Source: Moniliella sp. 'wahieum' (lineage: Eukaryota). From it: a stretch of DNA of 64,000 nucleotides. Positions 12,168-25,642 of this stretch are shown here, one piece after another. Numbering within the stretch: the first letter of the stretch is position 1; every line of letters begins with the position of its first letter. Location of the stretch: positions 124,001-188,000 of the forward strand of contig RSEE01000115.1 of assembly GCA_003971905.1 (NCBI GenBank), written 5' to 3'. Position numbers and translations under genes: made by a program. A model generated the notes under the pieces. The model saw nothing but the letters and a program-made list of their open reading frames with translations. It was not told the origin of the DNA and did no database searches.

Positions 12168-14117
12168 ATGGACCCCCCCACCCGCGCCATCGAGCTTCCT
12201 CCGCACAGCGAGTGGCGCTTCGAGCTCGAGAAGGGCGAGCAGATCTGGATCCGCGCCCATCCCGGCGGCGACGCTGACGTCTTTGGCGCCGAGCTTGTCC
12301 CGGGCCCCGACCGGTGGTATCCGTTTGGCGAGGAGGCCAAGGCCGCCGTCTCCACCTTCCGCGGCGCGACGATTGATGTCAAGGGCACTTGCTCCACCGA
12401 CTACATAGCCCCGGACGTCTCGCCGCGCCCGAGGTGTACAGCAACATCCACCTCGCCCTTGAGCAACAGCGTCTCCAGGCCCGTGCTGCCTTGCGCGCCA
12501 ACCAGGGCGCGCTCATCAAGCAACTCGCCGATGCAGAGTGGCAACGACTCGCAACCCCCCCCCGCCGTCGGGCGAGAAGCAGGACCTCTACGTCTGCCGG
12601 ACAGGGCCCTCGCGTGTTGGTCGTAGGTGGCGAGGCAGCAGGCAAAACTTCGGTGGCCAAGCGCTTGGCCAATTATGCCCTGCGCAGCCCCGCTCTCACC
12701 TCCACCCCGTCCACTTCGCAGCACGATACAGCCTCCCGATCGCGCCCAGGCCAGGATGATGGCGATGCGCATGTGGATCAAATTACTGGGTGGTGGCCAA
12801 CAATCGTCAGCCTCGACCCTTCACTGTACGTGCTTGTCCCCCGCTCTTGCCTTCATTTGATTTTCTTTTTTTTGCAAGGCCTAACTTCCTTATTCTACTT
12901 CCCTCCTTTTCCCATCTCTCTGCACCAGGGCGCGGTTCCATTGCCCGGCACGATCTCTTCGGTGCCGCTTGCCCCCGTCCCGTTGCCCATGCTTTCGTCT
13001 GCATCGCCAGCGCTGCCGTTTGGCGTGTTTGGACAGACGACCGGGTACCTCGTGCCGAGTGCGGCGGTGGGCAAGAGCGTAGCACCCTTGACCCTTTGGT
13101 ATGGCCACAAAGATCCAAGGGAGAATGAGGCTCATTTGCAGCAAGTCATTCATCAGTTGGCCCAGCTCACCGAACGTCGCTTGGCGCGCGACCCTCGTGC
13201 CCGCATGAGCGGCTTGATCCTCGATACACCCGGCGTCACACGGCAGATGGGCGGTCGAAGTATGCTCTGATTCAACATATTGCCAAATCGTTCCATGGTG
13301 CGCACCTCATTCTTGCCGATTTGGCTGTTGGGAAATGTAGAAACACTGACAGGATTTTCTCTTTTTTTCCTTTTTCTCTTCTTCACGTTGGTACAGTCGA
13401 TGTCATCCTTGTTCTTGGCCACGAGAAGCTCAACATTGAGTTGACTCGTGCTCTGCCGGGAATCAAGGTGGTCAAGATCCCCAAGAGCGAAGGCGTGGTG
13501 GAGCTGGACGAGCTGTACAACGAACGGGTGGAAGCCCTCCAAATTCATAATTACTTTTACGGTACTCCGGCCCAAGCTGGTACGGGCGGGATGGAAGGCT
13601 TGGGCGACGTACCAGACCTCCGAGCGTTTTCTTCCACATTGAACTTGGACTTACTTGAAGTATACCGTGTTGGTCAGGGCGCCTTGGCACCCACCTCGGC
13701 CTTGCCCATCGGACCTCTCGCACCGTCACAGCAACCCAACTTACCAAGCTCAATCAGGCTACCGATACAGAAGACCAAAACGTCATCACCAACAATCTCT
13801 TGGCTCTGCTCCAACCGCCACGCGACGGTGGAGGACCCGGTAAAAAGATTCAGAGGTGGACCCGCCACCGTCCGAGGAAGAACTGATTGGTGCGCCCGTC
13901 TTGGGCTTTATTGCCATGTACGTACTTTCCCGTTACTTACCCTGGCGTGCGACGATATGCGCTGAGAGGGATAACTGACGTTTGTGGTGGTCTGGCGGCG
14001 GTGCAGTACCGGCGTCGACGCGGCAGCGGGCAAGATGACGGTGTTGGCGCCCATGTCGGGCCGTCTGCCCAGCAAGACAGCCATGGTGGGGGAGACTTGG
14101 ACTGGCAAGATGCCTAA
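12168..14117 (+). CDS. CLP1: Polyribonucleotide 5'-hydroxyl kinase / mRNA cleavage factor Clp1
   Basis: ELPPHSEWRFELE, ADVFGAEL, P-loop GPRVLVVGGEAAGKTS, SLDP, SGLILDTPG, KIPKSEGVVELD, GALAPTSALPIG, TVLAPMSGRLPSK; three introns; frameshifts. Confidence 0.92.
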
Positions 14118-14394
14118 GCGTTGGTGGGAACCTGTCCCACCCTCGCTTGTCGCTCGAGCAAAGCCAAGGCGCCTCAGCATACAACTTCCCCCTCTCGTCT
14201 CCCTCGACAAGACGCAGGGCAGTAGAGATACGTTCAGAAAACAAGAACCTAATCTATTCTTCTCGGGAGCCACTCTGTTCCTTGATGTCTGTCTTCTAGC
14301 GAACTCGGGGTGGGGTGGCTGGACGTGCAACGCGATCCGCTGTAGTCCTATGGGGAGGCACTTCTTGTGCTACTGTGTAATGTTGTTTAGTGTG

Positions 14395-14440
14395 GTGTAT
14401 AGTGGAGTGGAGTGGAGTGGAGTGGAGTGAAGTGGAGTGA
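14395..14440. repeat. (GTGGA)n microsatellite
   Basis: Seen directly, between the convergent CLP1 and ABC1 kinase genes. Confidence 0.9.
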
Positions 14441-14555
14441 GTGTGCAAGATTCAAGATTAACAAATATTCAGACCGTAGGAACCTCATCCAACCTCCCAA
14501 CTGCCTCCCGGCCATGGGGACCAACCGGCCTGATCGGACGTTGCACGTCCGCGCC

Positions 14556-17079
14556 TTAGCAGTTGGGGGTAAGCCAGTCGAAGCGCACCCACGCGTCAAT
14601 CACGCGCGAGTCGGCAATCTGGTTGACCCATGCGCGCGCCTCGAGCAGCAGGTAAAACCGAATCATGGGCAACAGTTTCTGTACGTTCTGCAGCTCGTCC
14701 GCGTTGGGCAAGTGAGGGACAAGGACCTCGTCGTCAATGACGGTTTGGACCGAGATCTCTTTGCCGAAGAACGGAGTACGGGAGGGAGCGGGCAAAGACG
14801 TCCAACTCGGGGTCCAGTTGCCGTCCAATCCCTTCCAATAAGAGAATGGAGAGAACCGTGTTGATAAAGTCGGCTTCCATCTTGACGTGGTGCCGACGGA
14901 CCAAGGTCAACGTTTGCGACAACAAATCGCCAATCTTGATTGCTCCCAATTTAAACGTGGATTGACGAACGCGGTTGAGCAACTTGGACATCTTGTCTTC
15001 AAACCCGGCTTGGTCAACGACCAAGTTAGGGAACCGAGACCGTTCGGCCATCAGCTTGGCTGCCAACGGCCCATCAAACGAGGCAATCGCAGCAAATAGG
15101 TCGATAAAGTTTTGTCGGTTTTGCCCCGACAGTTGCACAGTCAGCCCAGCATCGAGCAAAACGAGTTGGGGCAGGTACCCAGCTAGGTCCAGACGCGCCA
15201 GTTCTCGGCCCAAGACGTTCCGCTGGACTGCTTGGCCGCCCGCCGAAGCGTATCTGCCACCTCGTCGTCCACCAACTCCTCCTCGTCCCACTTGTGTTCC
15301 GCCTTGGACGCCGCCGGAGCATAGTCCGGGTCCCACCGCGCCATCAGGCGTACCAACAAGTCCTTCAACATCGACTGCGTCGTCGGCTTGTAGAACTTGA
15401 CCATAATGTTCCCAGGGTGCATGTCGGCGTGGGTAAAGTTATCACGAAGGAGCATGTTGAGGAACGTGTCGAGACCAATGTCGGCCAGGCGATGATCAAA
15501 CGGACCGGGCTGCCCGCGCGCCGTGTGACTCAACACGTCGGTCAACGGTACAGCATTCTCCCACGTCTCAATCAACAGTTCTTGGTGGTAAACTGCACCA
15601 GCGGCTCTGGGAACGTCACGGCCGACCGGCGCCGGGCAAAGTTGCGGGTAAATTGTAACAAGTTTTCGGCTTCGTTGCGCAGATCCAACTGGCTTAGCAT
15701 CATCCCTGCAAACACATCCACCTCTTCTGGTAGACTGAGCCACTCGGCCCCAGGAAGCAAGTTGATGAGTCGAGCAAAGAAGGACATGATCTTAATGTCG
15801 CGTACGATCGTGCGGTGCACATGGGGATGCAATACCTTGATGGCCACAAACCAGTAAACACAGGCTCGGGAGGCGCATCCTGCTCAAACGGCGCGGCCAA
15901 TTGCCGTCCAATCCGCTGCACCTCCTCGCCCAAGGGACGCGTAAGTTTCTGCACCTTACTGCGTCTGGTTCGCCCGCTCCGGTCGTCCACCACGTCCACC
16001 ACGCCAGTCCTTCCCGCTCCCACCTACGCCACCAATGCGCCCGGTCGTCCGCTTGCGCCAACACGCTGTATCCACCTTGGGCGGAGGCACCAGGTCCGCA
16101 CGCAGTTGCGCACTATACACTTGCGCCACCGCACCACCCCCATTGGCGTCGGATCCAACCGCTCGAAAATCGTCTCCAGCTTTCGCCCACCAAACACGCG
16201 CTCAATCACACGACGCGTATACGCCATACTGTGCGGACGCCCATTCGCGTGCAACTTGCCAAACGCCTCACACAGCGCGGGCGGGAACAGGTCCCGACGC
16301 GACCCGGCCCATTGGCCCAGCTACACACACGCAACCGCAAGGAAAGTCAAAAGGTCAGCAGGGATGGACTTGCTGCCAGCACACTCGACAAGCAAATGGG
16401 ACGAAGAGGGGGGGGGGGCAGGGGCGTACCTTGACAAAGGTTGGGCCGGCGAGTTCGAGGGCACACACGAGGAGGCGGTACCAAACCAGTGCGCCGTACC
16501 GTGGGCCATCGAGATGACCCAGGTGGCCCACGCGACGGGATCGTCCATATCGGCGGGCGAGGCGGCAGTGACAGGGCCGAGGAAACAGATGGGCGCACTG
16601 ATCAAAACGGGGAGGAAGAGGCAGACCAAATACACAAACCGGCCCGCCGTGCCCAGCGGTTCCCACACAAACGTGACCCAGGTCACACGCAGTTGGTTGC
16701 CCAGCGTGCGCAGAGGTAGCGACCAGCTGCGCTGGCGCGCTTGGCTCTCCTCCTGCTCCGAGAGCGTAGGCGCGTATTTTTGATTGTCTCCTCGTTCAGA
16801 TGGCTCCAGGGCGAGAAGTTGTCCGCGTCGGGCACGGGGGGGGGCGGGCTGCTGGCCGAGCGGGTGAGCAGAGAGTACAGCGCGAGCGATCCAGCTCCAG
16901 CGGCGCCGGACAGAAGATACAGTCGCCAGGAGGAAGAGAGACGAGGTGGTGGTGAAGAGGTGGAGTGGCAGCGGGAGAACGGGGGCGGGCGCAGCAGGCT
17001 GGATACGGGGCGGGGAGGGCAGGGGCGGGAAGGCGCAGCGCGGGCGTGCGCAGACGCCCGCACAGGCAGACACACGCAT
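14556..17079 (-). CDS. ABC1/UbiB-family atypical kinase (ADCK2 / yeast Cqd1-like), probably mitochondrial
   Basis: AGPTFVK, VAIKVLHP, LSLPEEVDVFAGMMLSQLDLRNEAENL, NFTHADMHPGNIMVKF, LVLLDAGL, HHVKMEADFINTVLSILLLEGIGRQLDP; many frameshifts; start approximate. Confidence 0.9.
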
Positions 17080-17251
17080 GCCACAGACCCACCGAGGGAA
17101 GAGCAGACGAGCAGGAGGGCGGCAGCGACGGCGACGGCGACGGTAACGACGACGGCGACAGCGACGACGACGGTGACGACGACGGCGACAAGGGCGACAG
17201 CGACGGGACGAGCAGCCCAGCAAGCAACTCAGTATTCAGTCGAACACCGCA

Positions 17252-17259
17252 TGACGTCA
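17252..17259. promoter_or_regulatory. CRE palindrome TGACGTCA in the divergent ABC1-kinase/tropomyosin promoter
   Basis: Perfect consensus in the 530-bp head-to-head spacer. Confidence 0.35.
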
Positions 17260-17611
17260 CGCCGCCTCGCCTCCAGATCGACATGCGTCGTGCGTTTGAA
17301 ACTTGCACGCCGCCGCCGCCGCCACACTGCGCCCGTGCGCCCCGCCGCCGCCCTCACGCGTCGCCCACACACTGCCCCCGTGCGTCCCCGGGAGCGCGCG
17401 CGCCGCCCGTCCCCTCGCACCACAGCAGTGTGAGGTGGCAGCTTCCCAGACCCCCACAAGGGCAGTGTGTGGCGCGCAGCCGGTGTACGTAAGCCGCCGC
17501 CGCCGGCCCCTCGAGCCAGCCGGCCAGCTGAGTGCCGCAGCTGCTCCACCACCACCACCACCGCCTCCTCCACCTCCACCACTCCCCCCCCTTTCGCCCC
17601 CCCCCCCCACC

Positions 17612-18256
17612 ATGGACCGTATCCGCGAGAAGCTCAACTCCCTCCGCGCCGAGTGCGATGCGGCGGTTGCCCGTGCCGAGGAGAGCGAGGCCAAGGTCAA
17701 GGAACTGGAGCACTCCAACCTCAAGGCTGAGCAGCAGATCGCCTCGCTCGAGCACCAAGTCCAGGTCCTCGAGGGCCAGCTGGAAGACACCGAGTCCAAG
17801 CTCAGCTCCCACAAGCAGGCCGCCGAGGAGGGCGAGGCATCGCGTGGCCACGCCGAGTCCCTCAGTGTCAAGGTCGCCCAGCTCGAGGCTGAGCTCGACG
17901 CGGCGGAGACCAACCTTCGTGAAGTGACTGAGAAGTACGTTGTTTGCTCCCTCTCCCCTACTTGGTTTTGTTTCTGCACACTTGTTCTGCTCTGCTACGG
18001 TGTTCAATGCTCTACTCTGCTCTCTGTACCCTCTTTCGCTTGCGCCTCTCTCTCTCTCTGGTACTTGAAGCAAAACTGACCTTTATTGCTTAGGCTGCGT
18101 GTGACGGACGTGCGTGCCGAGGGCCTAGAACGCCAACTGACGTCGTTGGAGCAAGAGCGCGAGAACTGGGAGCACAAGTACGAAGAGGCCCAGGCCAAGT
18201 ACTTGACCAGCAAGCAAGAGCTGGACGAGGTGGTGCAACAGATGGAGAGCCTCTAA
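17612..18256 (+). CDS. TPM1: Tropomyosin
   Basis: MDRIREKLNSLRAECDAAVARAEE... coiled coil; intron 17935-18093 (GTACGT..CTGAC..TAG) restores KLRVTDVRAEGLERQ...ELDEVVQQMESL*. Confidence 0.96.
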
Positions 18257-18791
18257 GCCAAGACGTGGATTTCCGGGAGACAAAAGAGCTCGACCAAGGG
18301 AGGCGGCATCCCTTCCCTTGCGTTTCATTCCCTCCTGCGTGTCGCTCTCGCGTCCCAGTTCCCCCCCCCCCCCTCCCCAGCTGGTTTGCCACGCTGCCCC
18401 TGCAGTTGGGGTCGGGGCTGGGGCGATGCCTCCCCCTCTGATTGGCCCGTGGCCCTATTATGGGCCCGGCTTGTTTTGTACCCATGTCTTGGTCGTGCCT
18501 TCCAATCCACCCCTTTCCACCACCTTACCATGCTGCATACACACAGGCCATGCCCTGTCCCGTTGCCTCCCCAACCCGTAACCTCTGTGCCTAGGTTTGC
18601 TTGTAGCCCCTGCAGACCCCAGCCAGCAACCACATCGTTCCTGCGTCCTGGGAGTGTGCATGTTATGTGAGCCGACGACTGAGACTGAGATCCTTCCCCA
18701 GAAAGGGTAGCATGTTCCCGACGCGGGCGAATGGGGCTTTGTTCTTTGACTTGGGAGGGGGGCGGGCAGGAGGCGGGACAGTAGCAAGTAG

Positions 18792-19043
18792 TTAGCCTCC
18801 TTGCGCTAAACCTGGCAGTTTGAGACGTTGGGGCCAGATGTGGGATTTGAGTCGGGGTGGAACGTGGGAGTACTGAGTACGCTTCATACGGTCAAGTGAT
18901 TTCGCTGGGTTTATATATTTACTTTTTGTCTGTTCCGGCATGCCGACGATCAATCTCTTTGGCCACACCAAGCGTCTCCTCCCCCGGGCATGCGAGACCA
19001 ACAGAGCAACACCTGACACTGGGGCGGTGAACATGGGATGCAT
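18792..19043 (-). CDS. Small basic hypothetical protein (83 aa)
   Basis: Intact ORF MHPMFTAPVSGVALLVSHARGRRRLVWPKRL...LPGLAQGG*, divergent from the Myb gene; Lys/Arg rich. No family recognised. Confidence 0.4.
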   Translation of the reverse strand: MHPMFTAPVSGVALLVSHARGRRRLVWPKRLIVGMPEQTKSKYINPAKSLDRMKRTQYSHVPPRLKSHIWPQRLKLPGLAQGG

Positions 19044-19655
19044 GATGACGGAGCGGGGCGGAGGATGGGATGGGATGGGAGGGGGGGTGGAGGACCGACG
19101 TGGGAGACGGTGCGAGCTGAGACGGGCGGAGGATGATCGTCTGACAGCTACGGATGGCTCTGGGATATGACTCGTGGGATGAGGATGAGGATGAGGATGT
19201 GGTTGGGGATGGGATGGGATGGGATGGGTGTGGGGGCTGATCGGCCCGAGGGAGACGGGGCAGGAGGAGGGAGCAAGAGGGGAGCAGCCGTCTGGATAAC
19301 GCGTACCGAAGCAAGCTTGACGGACGCTTGACGCTTGACGCTTGACGGTTAGGGCACAGGGCAGTGTGCATGCCAGGTGCCCGGGAAGACAGAATTCAGC
19401 AGCCGAGGCACTGCACCAGCGAGACGGTGCTGCAAGGGGGCAGTGCGCTGCGGCCGCCAGCCGAGGGCGGCAGGGGGGCGTGTGCGGCTGCGGTTTCCCG
19501 CGGCGGTGCACACACACTGCCGCGTGCCGGGGTGGGGGCGACGCGGGCGGCGCGGCGGCAGTGGCGGTGGCGTAGACACCAACATGCACTCGGCCCCCCG
19601 ACTTATGCGGTGGGCACCTCCAGCCTCGAGCAACACCTCCTCCGCCGCCGCCGCC

Positions 19656-22600
19656 ATGTCCCCCCCGCCCTCTGCTGCGCTCGACGACGAGTCGGACCGC
19701 ACGCCCTCCCCCATCTTCGCCTCCGGCGGCGCCCTGTCCGACCTCGACGACGACCACCTCGCCCTCCCCACCCCCGGGCCCTCCGGCGAGGACATGCACC
19801 GCATCTCTGCCGACTGGCCCGAACTCGCCCAGCTGCGCGCCAGCACCGCCCTCCTCACCGCTCCGACGTCGCCTCCATCGCCACCCAGCTCGACCACACC
19901 ACGCTCCAGGGCAGCGCCACGCTCCCCGACCTCGAGCCAGCGCGCCTGCTGCGCCATGTCCAGGTGCGCGACCGCCAGGTCCAATCCTCGAGGCCCAGCG
20001 CGACTCGATCCGTTCCGCCGCCCTCTCGGCCTGGCCAGCGCCAGCCTCCAGCTCGAACGTGCGGTGCAGGTCGAGCGTGGCCAGCGCGCACGCGTCGAGG
20101 TCGAGCTTGAAGGCGTCGAAGCAGGCCATGATGCTTAGCCAGCGCCTGGGCCAGAGCGAAGCCCTCAACCAGCAGCTCAAACGCAAGCAGAAGGAGACGG
20201 TCATAACGAAGTCTCCGCCCACGTTGCCCTCTCTGCGGCCAGGCGACAAGGGAATCCTGCCACTACCACCGCCATACCACCGCCACTACCGCCGCCACCA
20301 CCACCGCCACGCCCCCGCCACCACCACAAACAACAACACAACAATCTCCCGGGCACCACGTCCGCTTCAGGACCAGCCCTGTCCCCAGCCCTCACTCTTG
20401 CTACCGCTCCCACGCCCACACCAGCGACCCCAACCCCGGCCAGCGCCAACCCCCCCGACGACCGGATGAGCATTAGCCCGCCCTCGCTCAGGATCCCGGC
20501 CCTTCCCCCAGTCCCCTGTGAGTGTGCATGCCGCCGAGACACTGTCCTGCAGCCGCGCCCCCGGTAGTAAAGTATTCTCTGCTCTTTTGGAAGCACTGTG
20601 TTTGGCTGACCCGGCGCACAGGATGACACCCATCCCACCTCGCCCATCTCGTCCATCATCAAGGACCGAAACAAGTTGCTGGCAGACAAAAAGTTCTTAA
20701 AGGCGCGCGTGCGGGACGCCGAGGCCCAAGTGGAACGCATGCAGCACGAACTGGAACTCTTGCGCGGCTTTATGGTGCGCAGTGATGGTAAACGGGTAAA
20801 TGGTGGAGGTGGTGCAATCACGGCGTTGTGGAACGCATCGTCCATCCCCGATGGACCCGCTGGTGCACGTTTGCGCGCCAAGGAAAAGGCTCGGCGCAAG
20901 AAAGTGGCTGTGATGGGCGATGCCGAGGCCGAACATTTGCTCCTCGCGGCCAAGACACTGCGGGAAAAGGAAAAACGGGATTTGCAGCGACAAGAACGAA
21001 TCAAGGAGGAGGAGGAACGCGAAATTCGAAGGGCCGTCGCAGCCGCGGCGTACCCGCCTCTGGAACGACGCAGACGCGAACCAGCGCCGGTCAGAGCTAG
21101 CACCGCCCCGGGTACCCGAACTGGCGGCAGTGGCGGCGGCGAACATGCTTCCCCTCTGCCTCGGACACCGGATAAGAATGGCGTGTATGCGGGCGCCGGT
21201 CTGTCGCCGTCCCGCGTGCGGCGGCCGGTGCCCACCACTCCATACTCGGCCCATGCACTGCAGCTCGTTTCCCAGCCCGAGCCGTACGCGCGTCCCGTCG
21301 GCGCTAGTCCCCAGCAGTGGTCCTCGACCTCCCGCGTCGACCCACACAGTGTGCCCCTCGGCTCGTCGCCGTATGGCTACACCCCCAGTCACAGAGGGTC
21401 GATTGGCAGTGGGTATGCGCAGTCGGGCATTGATGGCCTGTACAAGCAGCCCAGCTGGTTACTCCGGGCGGTACCCGCGTACCACGCGCTCCATACAAGG
21501 ATGACGAGGTAGCAACCAGTGCATCGCCCAAGCGAAGGCGTGTCAACTCCTCCACCCGCGCCAGTCCGAACCTCGTGCTCCTCTCCCTTGTCCACCGGAG
21601 GAGTGTTCGACTCGCCTTCCCGTCCACCGCTGCCGCTCGCCCCACTCCCAGGCCCATCGGCCCACCTGCCCCATCCCACTCCCATTCCCAGGACCAACGA
21701 GGCGGCTTGTCCGCCCTGGATGTACTGGCAGATCAAGCGGCTGCGAGCCAACACCCGTCCCAAACTTCCGATTGGTCCGGCGCCAGCGGTACCGACGAAG
21801 ATGCCGATCGGCGCACCGGGCCCGTACCTCCTCCTTACCCGGCCCAGATCTTCCCTCCCCCACCGGGCTACCCACTGCCAACCCTCCCGCCTGGGTACTA
21901 TCCCGGTGCCCCGTACCCCGCGCCTCCGTATGGAATGTACGAGGCCGCTGCGCCAGTCGTCGTGGGACGAGTAGTAGTGCCTCCAGTGCCGGTGCTTCGG
22001 TGCCTGGTCCCGTGCCACCGCGCCTGCCGGAAGAAGGATCACCAGCGAAAAAGGGTCGGAAACAAGATCCGACGGTCCGACGTGTGCCCTACATTCGTTG
22101 GACCGAGCCGGAAGATCGCAAGTTGCGCGCGGCGATCAAAGAGTATGGTCAACGCTGGGAACTCATCTCGCGCGCGGTGGGTACACGCTCTTACCACCAG
22201 TGCCGACAACGGTACCTCCTCATGCGCAGGAAAGAAGCGGCGCAACAAGGTCACTCGCTCGCCAACCATCCTCGCTTGGATGCCGATCGCGTCGGCCCCT
22301 ACTACGAAGAACCCGAGTCCAAGTCGCCCCCTGCCCCGCCGGGCGGCCAAGAGGGCAAAGAAGGCGAGAGTCAAGGCGAGGGTGAACAGCGGCGAGACCA
22401 CGCGCACGAAGAAGGTGCAGACGCAGGAGCAAACGCACAAAGGGACGAAGGGAGCGAAAGCGCAAGGGCAAGTGGGAGAGAAAGGGAGATTGAGGGGGAG
22501 AACCCCAAGTCGGACTCGCTCGACCCGGACCAGTGGTCAGAGGACGAGTTGGCCGAGGCAGAGGCAGCGGCTGAGGCTGAGGCAGAGGCGGAAGCCGAGG

Positions 22601-22854
22601 CAGAAGCGCAAGCTGAGGCTAAGGCTAAGGCTGCGGCGCAGGAAGACGCTAAGGCTAAGGCAGAGCACGGTGCAGCCTCAACGACGACGGCAGAGGAAGA
22701 TGGGGACGTGACGATTCGTCGTGCGCCGGTACGCGAACCGCAGGCACGAGCGCGGGGTAAGCGACATGCTTCCCACGACCTCTTGCCCCCGCCTTCTCCG
22801 TTGCAGAGGGACGGTACGGGTGGAGCAGGGTCGATTGTGGCGGGTGCACCGTAG
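19656..22854 (+). CDS. Myb/SANT-domain protein with coiled coils and low-complexity regions
   Basis: YIRWTEPEDRKLRAAIKEYGQRWELISRAVGTRSYHQCRQRY (about 22090-22220) is a Myb repeat; upstream coiled coils; frameshifts; start approximate. Confidence 0.8.
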
Positions 22855-24447
22855 ATCGCACAATCGCTCCGTCGCTCCGTTGCTCCATCACCATTGTACA
22901 CTATTAGTGCCCCTAGGGCGCATTTTCTTGATTCACACCACCGCGAAGCGAGGAACGAATGCATTCTGTGCTGCTTTTCTTTCTTCCGTACCTCATCCAT
23001 TCAATCATCTGCTGCTGCACCCCCTAACAGAGATTCAAAGGATAGAACCAATCCCGCACCGCTGGTGGCAGTATAGAAGCTGGATGCGATGGTGACTTGA
23101 AAACGAAAGATGAGATGAGACTGTTGTCCAGCCTGCTCCACCCAGCAGAGACACGAAGAAAGAATGCTGGGCTGGAGTCACTACTATAGTCACTAGTCAT
23201 GTCTCATGATTCATGAGCCGCGGACAAGGCCGGGGTCAGAGTGGTCTCGGTCAAAAGCTCTCAATATATCCAGACTCGCAGTCCGCAGTCCGCAGTCCGC
23301 AGTCCGCAGTCCTCTCTCGGGAACGGAGGACCAAGCTTCAAGTCAGCGCGGCCTTCCTAACAGAGAGAGGCGATTGTTGGCCTTTGGACCTCGCGGTCTA
23401 CTACTTGCTAACGCCGATGTTTTCCAGCTGCGCCTTCGGGCCCCGACCACCGAAAGCCAATTTACAGCTTGGAGGGTGTGCAACAGAAGCACGGATGGGT
23501 GAGAAATCGGTGCCTGTCCGAGCAAGTCTGAGATCTGACGTCGGACAATTGTGAGGTATTGAATATTGAGGTTCGACGGTCGACCCTGTCCAACCGCTGA
23601 TCTCCTACTGCCTCGGACTTACGGGGATGTCCGCGGAAATCCGGGCCGCCAGTCACGACTTAGTCATGTCGGTGGAGAGGCGGCCTTCGCGGACAGGGCA
23701 AACCCCACAACCGCCTGAGCCCCCGCTTATCAGCGCTCAGCCTCATGCCGCAGCAGGTGCACGGACCTCGTCGCTTGTGTTTCCTCTTTTTCCCTTTCCC
23801 TTTCCATGTGCTCTTCGTGCTCAGGATGTGGCAATCTGACCGCCCCTGGAGCCAGCTCTTGTCTGACTCCAGCGATCTGATGCTGTGTGACCATCTGTGA
23901 CTCACGGGGTCACAAATCATTTTGTAATCAGATCCCCTCGACATGAGCGAGCGAATCGGAAACGCGAGCACACAGGAGCACAAGAAGACACAGGCGCAAG
24001 CGCTATTCGCGCAAGACAGCGGCCTCCGGCCGAAGACTGAGTACAGTCGCAGAGAAGGCCGGTCTGGGACAGTCGCTCTCCTCTCCACGCATCCCACCCA
24101 GAGCTGAGCCACACGCGCACAAGCCTCGGAGAGACAAGGACAGGACCAGTGCACGGCCCATCCTCTCTTGCCTGTGCAACGCTGAAGAGACACGTTGCTT
24201 CGTAGCATCGAGAGTTGCTAGTTGCTGCCGTGCTTCCCCCGTGTCACATGTCAGGACCCACTGTACCAGCGAGTATCCCCTCTCCGCAGTGAAACGGGAT
24301 TCTCAGGGTGTTTCCATCCCCATCTCTGGCTAGTAGGCTACATATATAGACGTTTTCCTGCTGCGTCTCTCCTCCTTCTGCTCTCCTCGTCATCTTCCCA
24401 CCCGCGTCCGTCTGACTCTCATCTCTGCCTCATATCCGCTGTCGACC

Positions 24448-25642
24448 ATGTCGCTCGCCCAGACGCCGTTTCGCCTACTCAAAGACAGCCGCCTTCTCTT
24501 GTCTCCACCAGTCGCCACCACTATCGCTTCATCGGCGATGCCACTCAGGGGTTGCCGCGCCTTGTCGTCGTTGCATTCTTCGCCGCCTGCTTTAAGCACC
24601 CAGCCACGACCTGACACGAGGCGGGTAATGTCATTCTCGCCGGTGCGGCCCTGAGTAACGCCGACGATTATTATGAGCAGCGCCTACAGCAGTGGCTGAA
24701 GCGTTGGGCAAACGTATTGGATGAAACCACTGTCCGAGCCCTGCTGGCGACTTCCAAGCGTCCTTGACATTGGGCAATATTGCTCGTTCCGAAGCCTTCC
24801 ACAACCATTTTCTCTTGGCTGACGAAGCTGCATCATGCCCCGATCACATCACCACGCCTCAGGATTTCGCCCGGTTCATGTCGTTCTTGGTGTAGACATT
24901 ACCCGCTCTCATGGCATCTTTCCCATGGGCGTGTCCCTATCGATGGGAAAGTTTCCCAGACCCAAGTACGCCTCATGGGCGCACGCCGGGTCTTAGAACT
25001 CGGCACTCTGGGCGGATTCTCTACGTTGTGGCTCGCCTCGGGCGTAACTGCACAACCTCTTGGTGCGGGCAATGGTGCTCGCTCCAACGGAGCAGCCAAG
25101 GTGGTCACTCTGGAGCTCGACCCGGCGCACGCCAAAGTGGCCCAGGCCAACTTTGACTTGGCTGCCCGTTTGGGCGTTGCGCTGCCCCCATTGATGTACG
25201 TGGGACCGGCACTGGATACGCTGCGTGCCATGCCCACCCCAGCCACACCGGACGAGGCGTTTGATCTGATTTTCATTGATGCCGACAAGGAATCGTACCC
25301 TGAGTACTACGAAGAAGCCAAACGCCTCTCTCGTTCAGGCGCTGTACTGGTACGTTCATACTGTCATGTCCCATCTTCCCCTTTGTGTGCAGATGTGGGT
25401 TTTGGGTGAAGAGAAGCTGACAGTTGGTGGAATGGGGGTTGTATCTCTACTTTCTCTGCCTTCTAGATCTTTGACAACATGAGTTTTGGTGGAAAAGTGG
25501 GCGACCCGGCCGTGCCAGACTCGGAATGTGGTGGACAGCGTGGCGTCTCAAACTTGCTGAGAAAGACGGTCTGGATGCCTATTCCATCCACACTGCCAAC
25601 CCCAAGTCGGGCTTTGATGCGTTCACGACGGTGGTGCTCTGA
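24448..25642 (+). CDS. SAM-dependent O-methyltransferase (family 3, COMT/CCoAOMT/MdmC-like)
   Basis: LMGARRVLELGTLGGFSTLWLA, KVVTLELD, FDLIFIDADKESYPEYY, IFDN, GFDAF; introns; frameshifts; N-terminus resembles a mitochondrial presequence. Confidence 0.85.
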
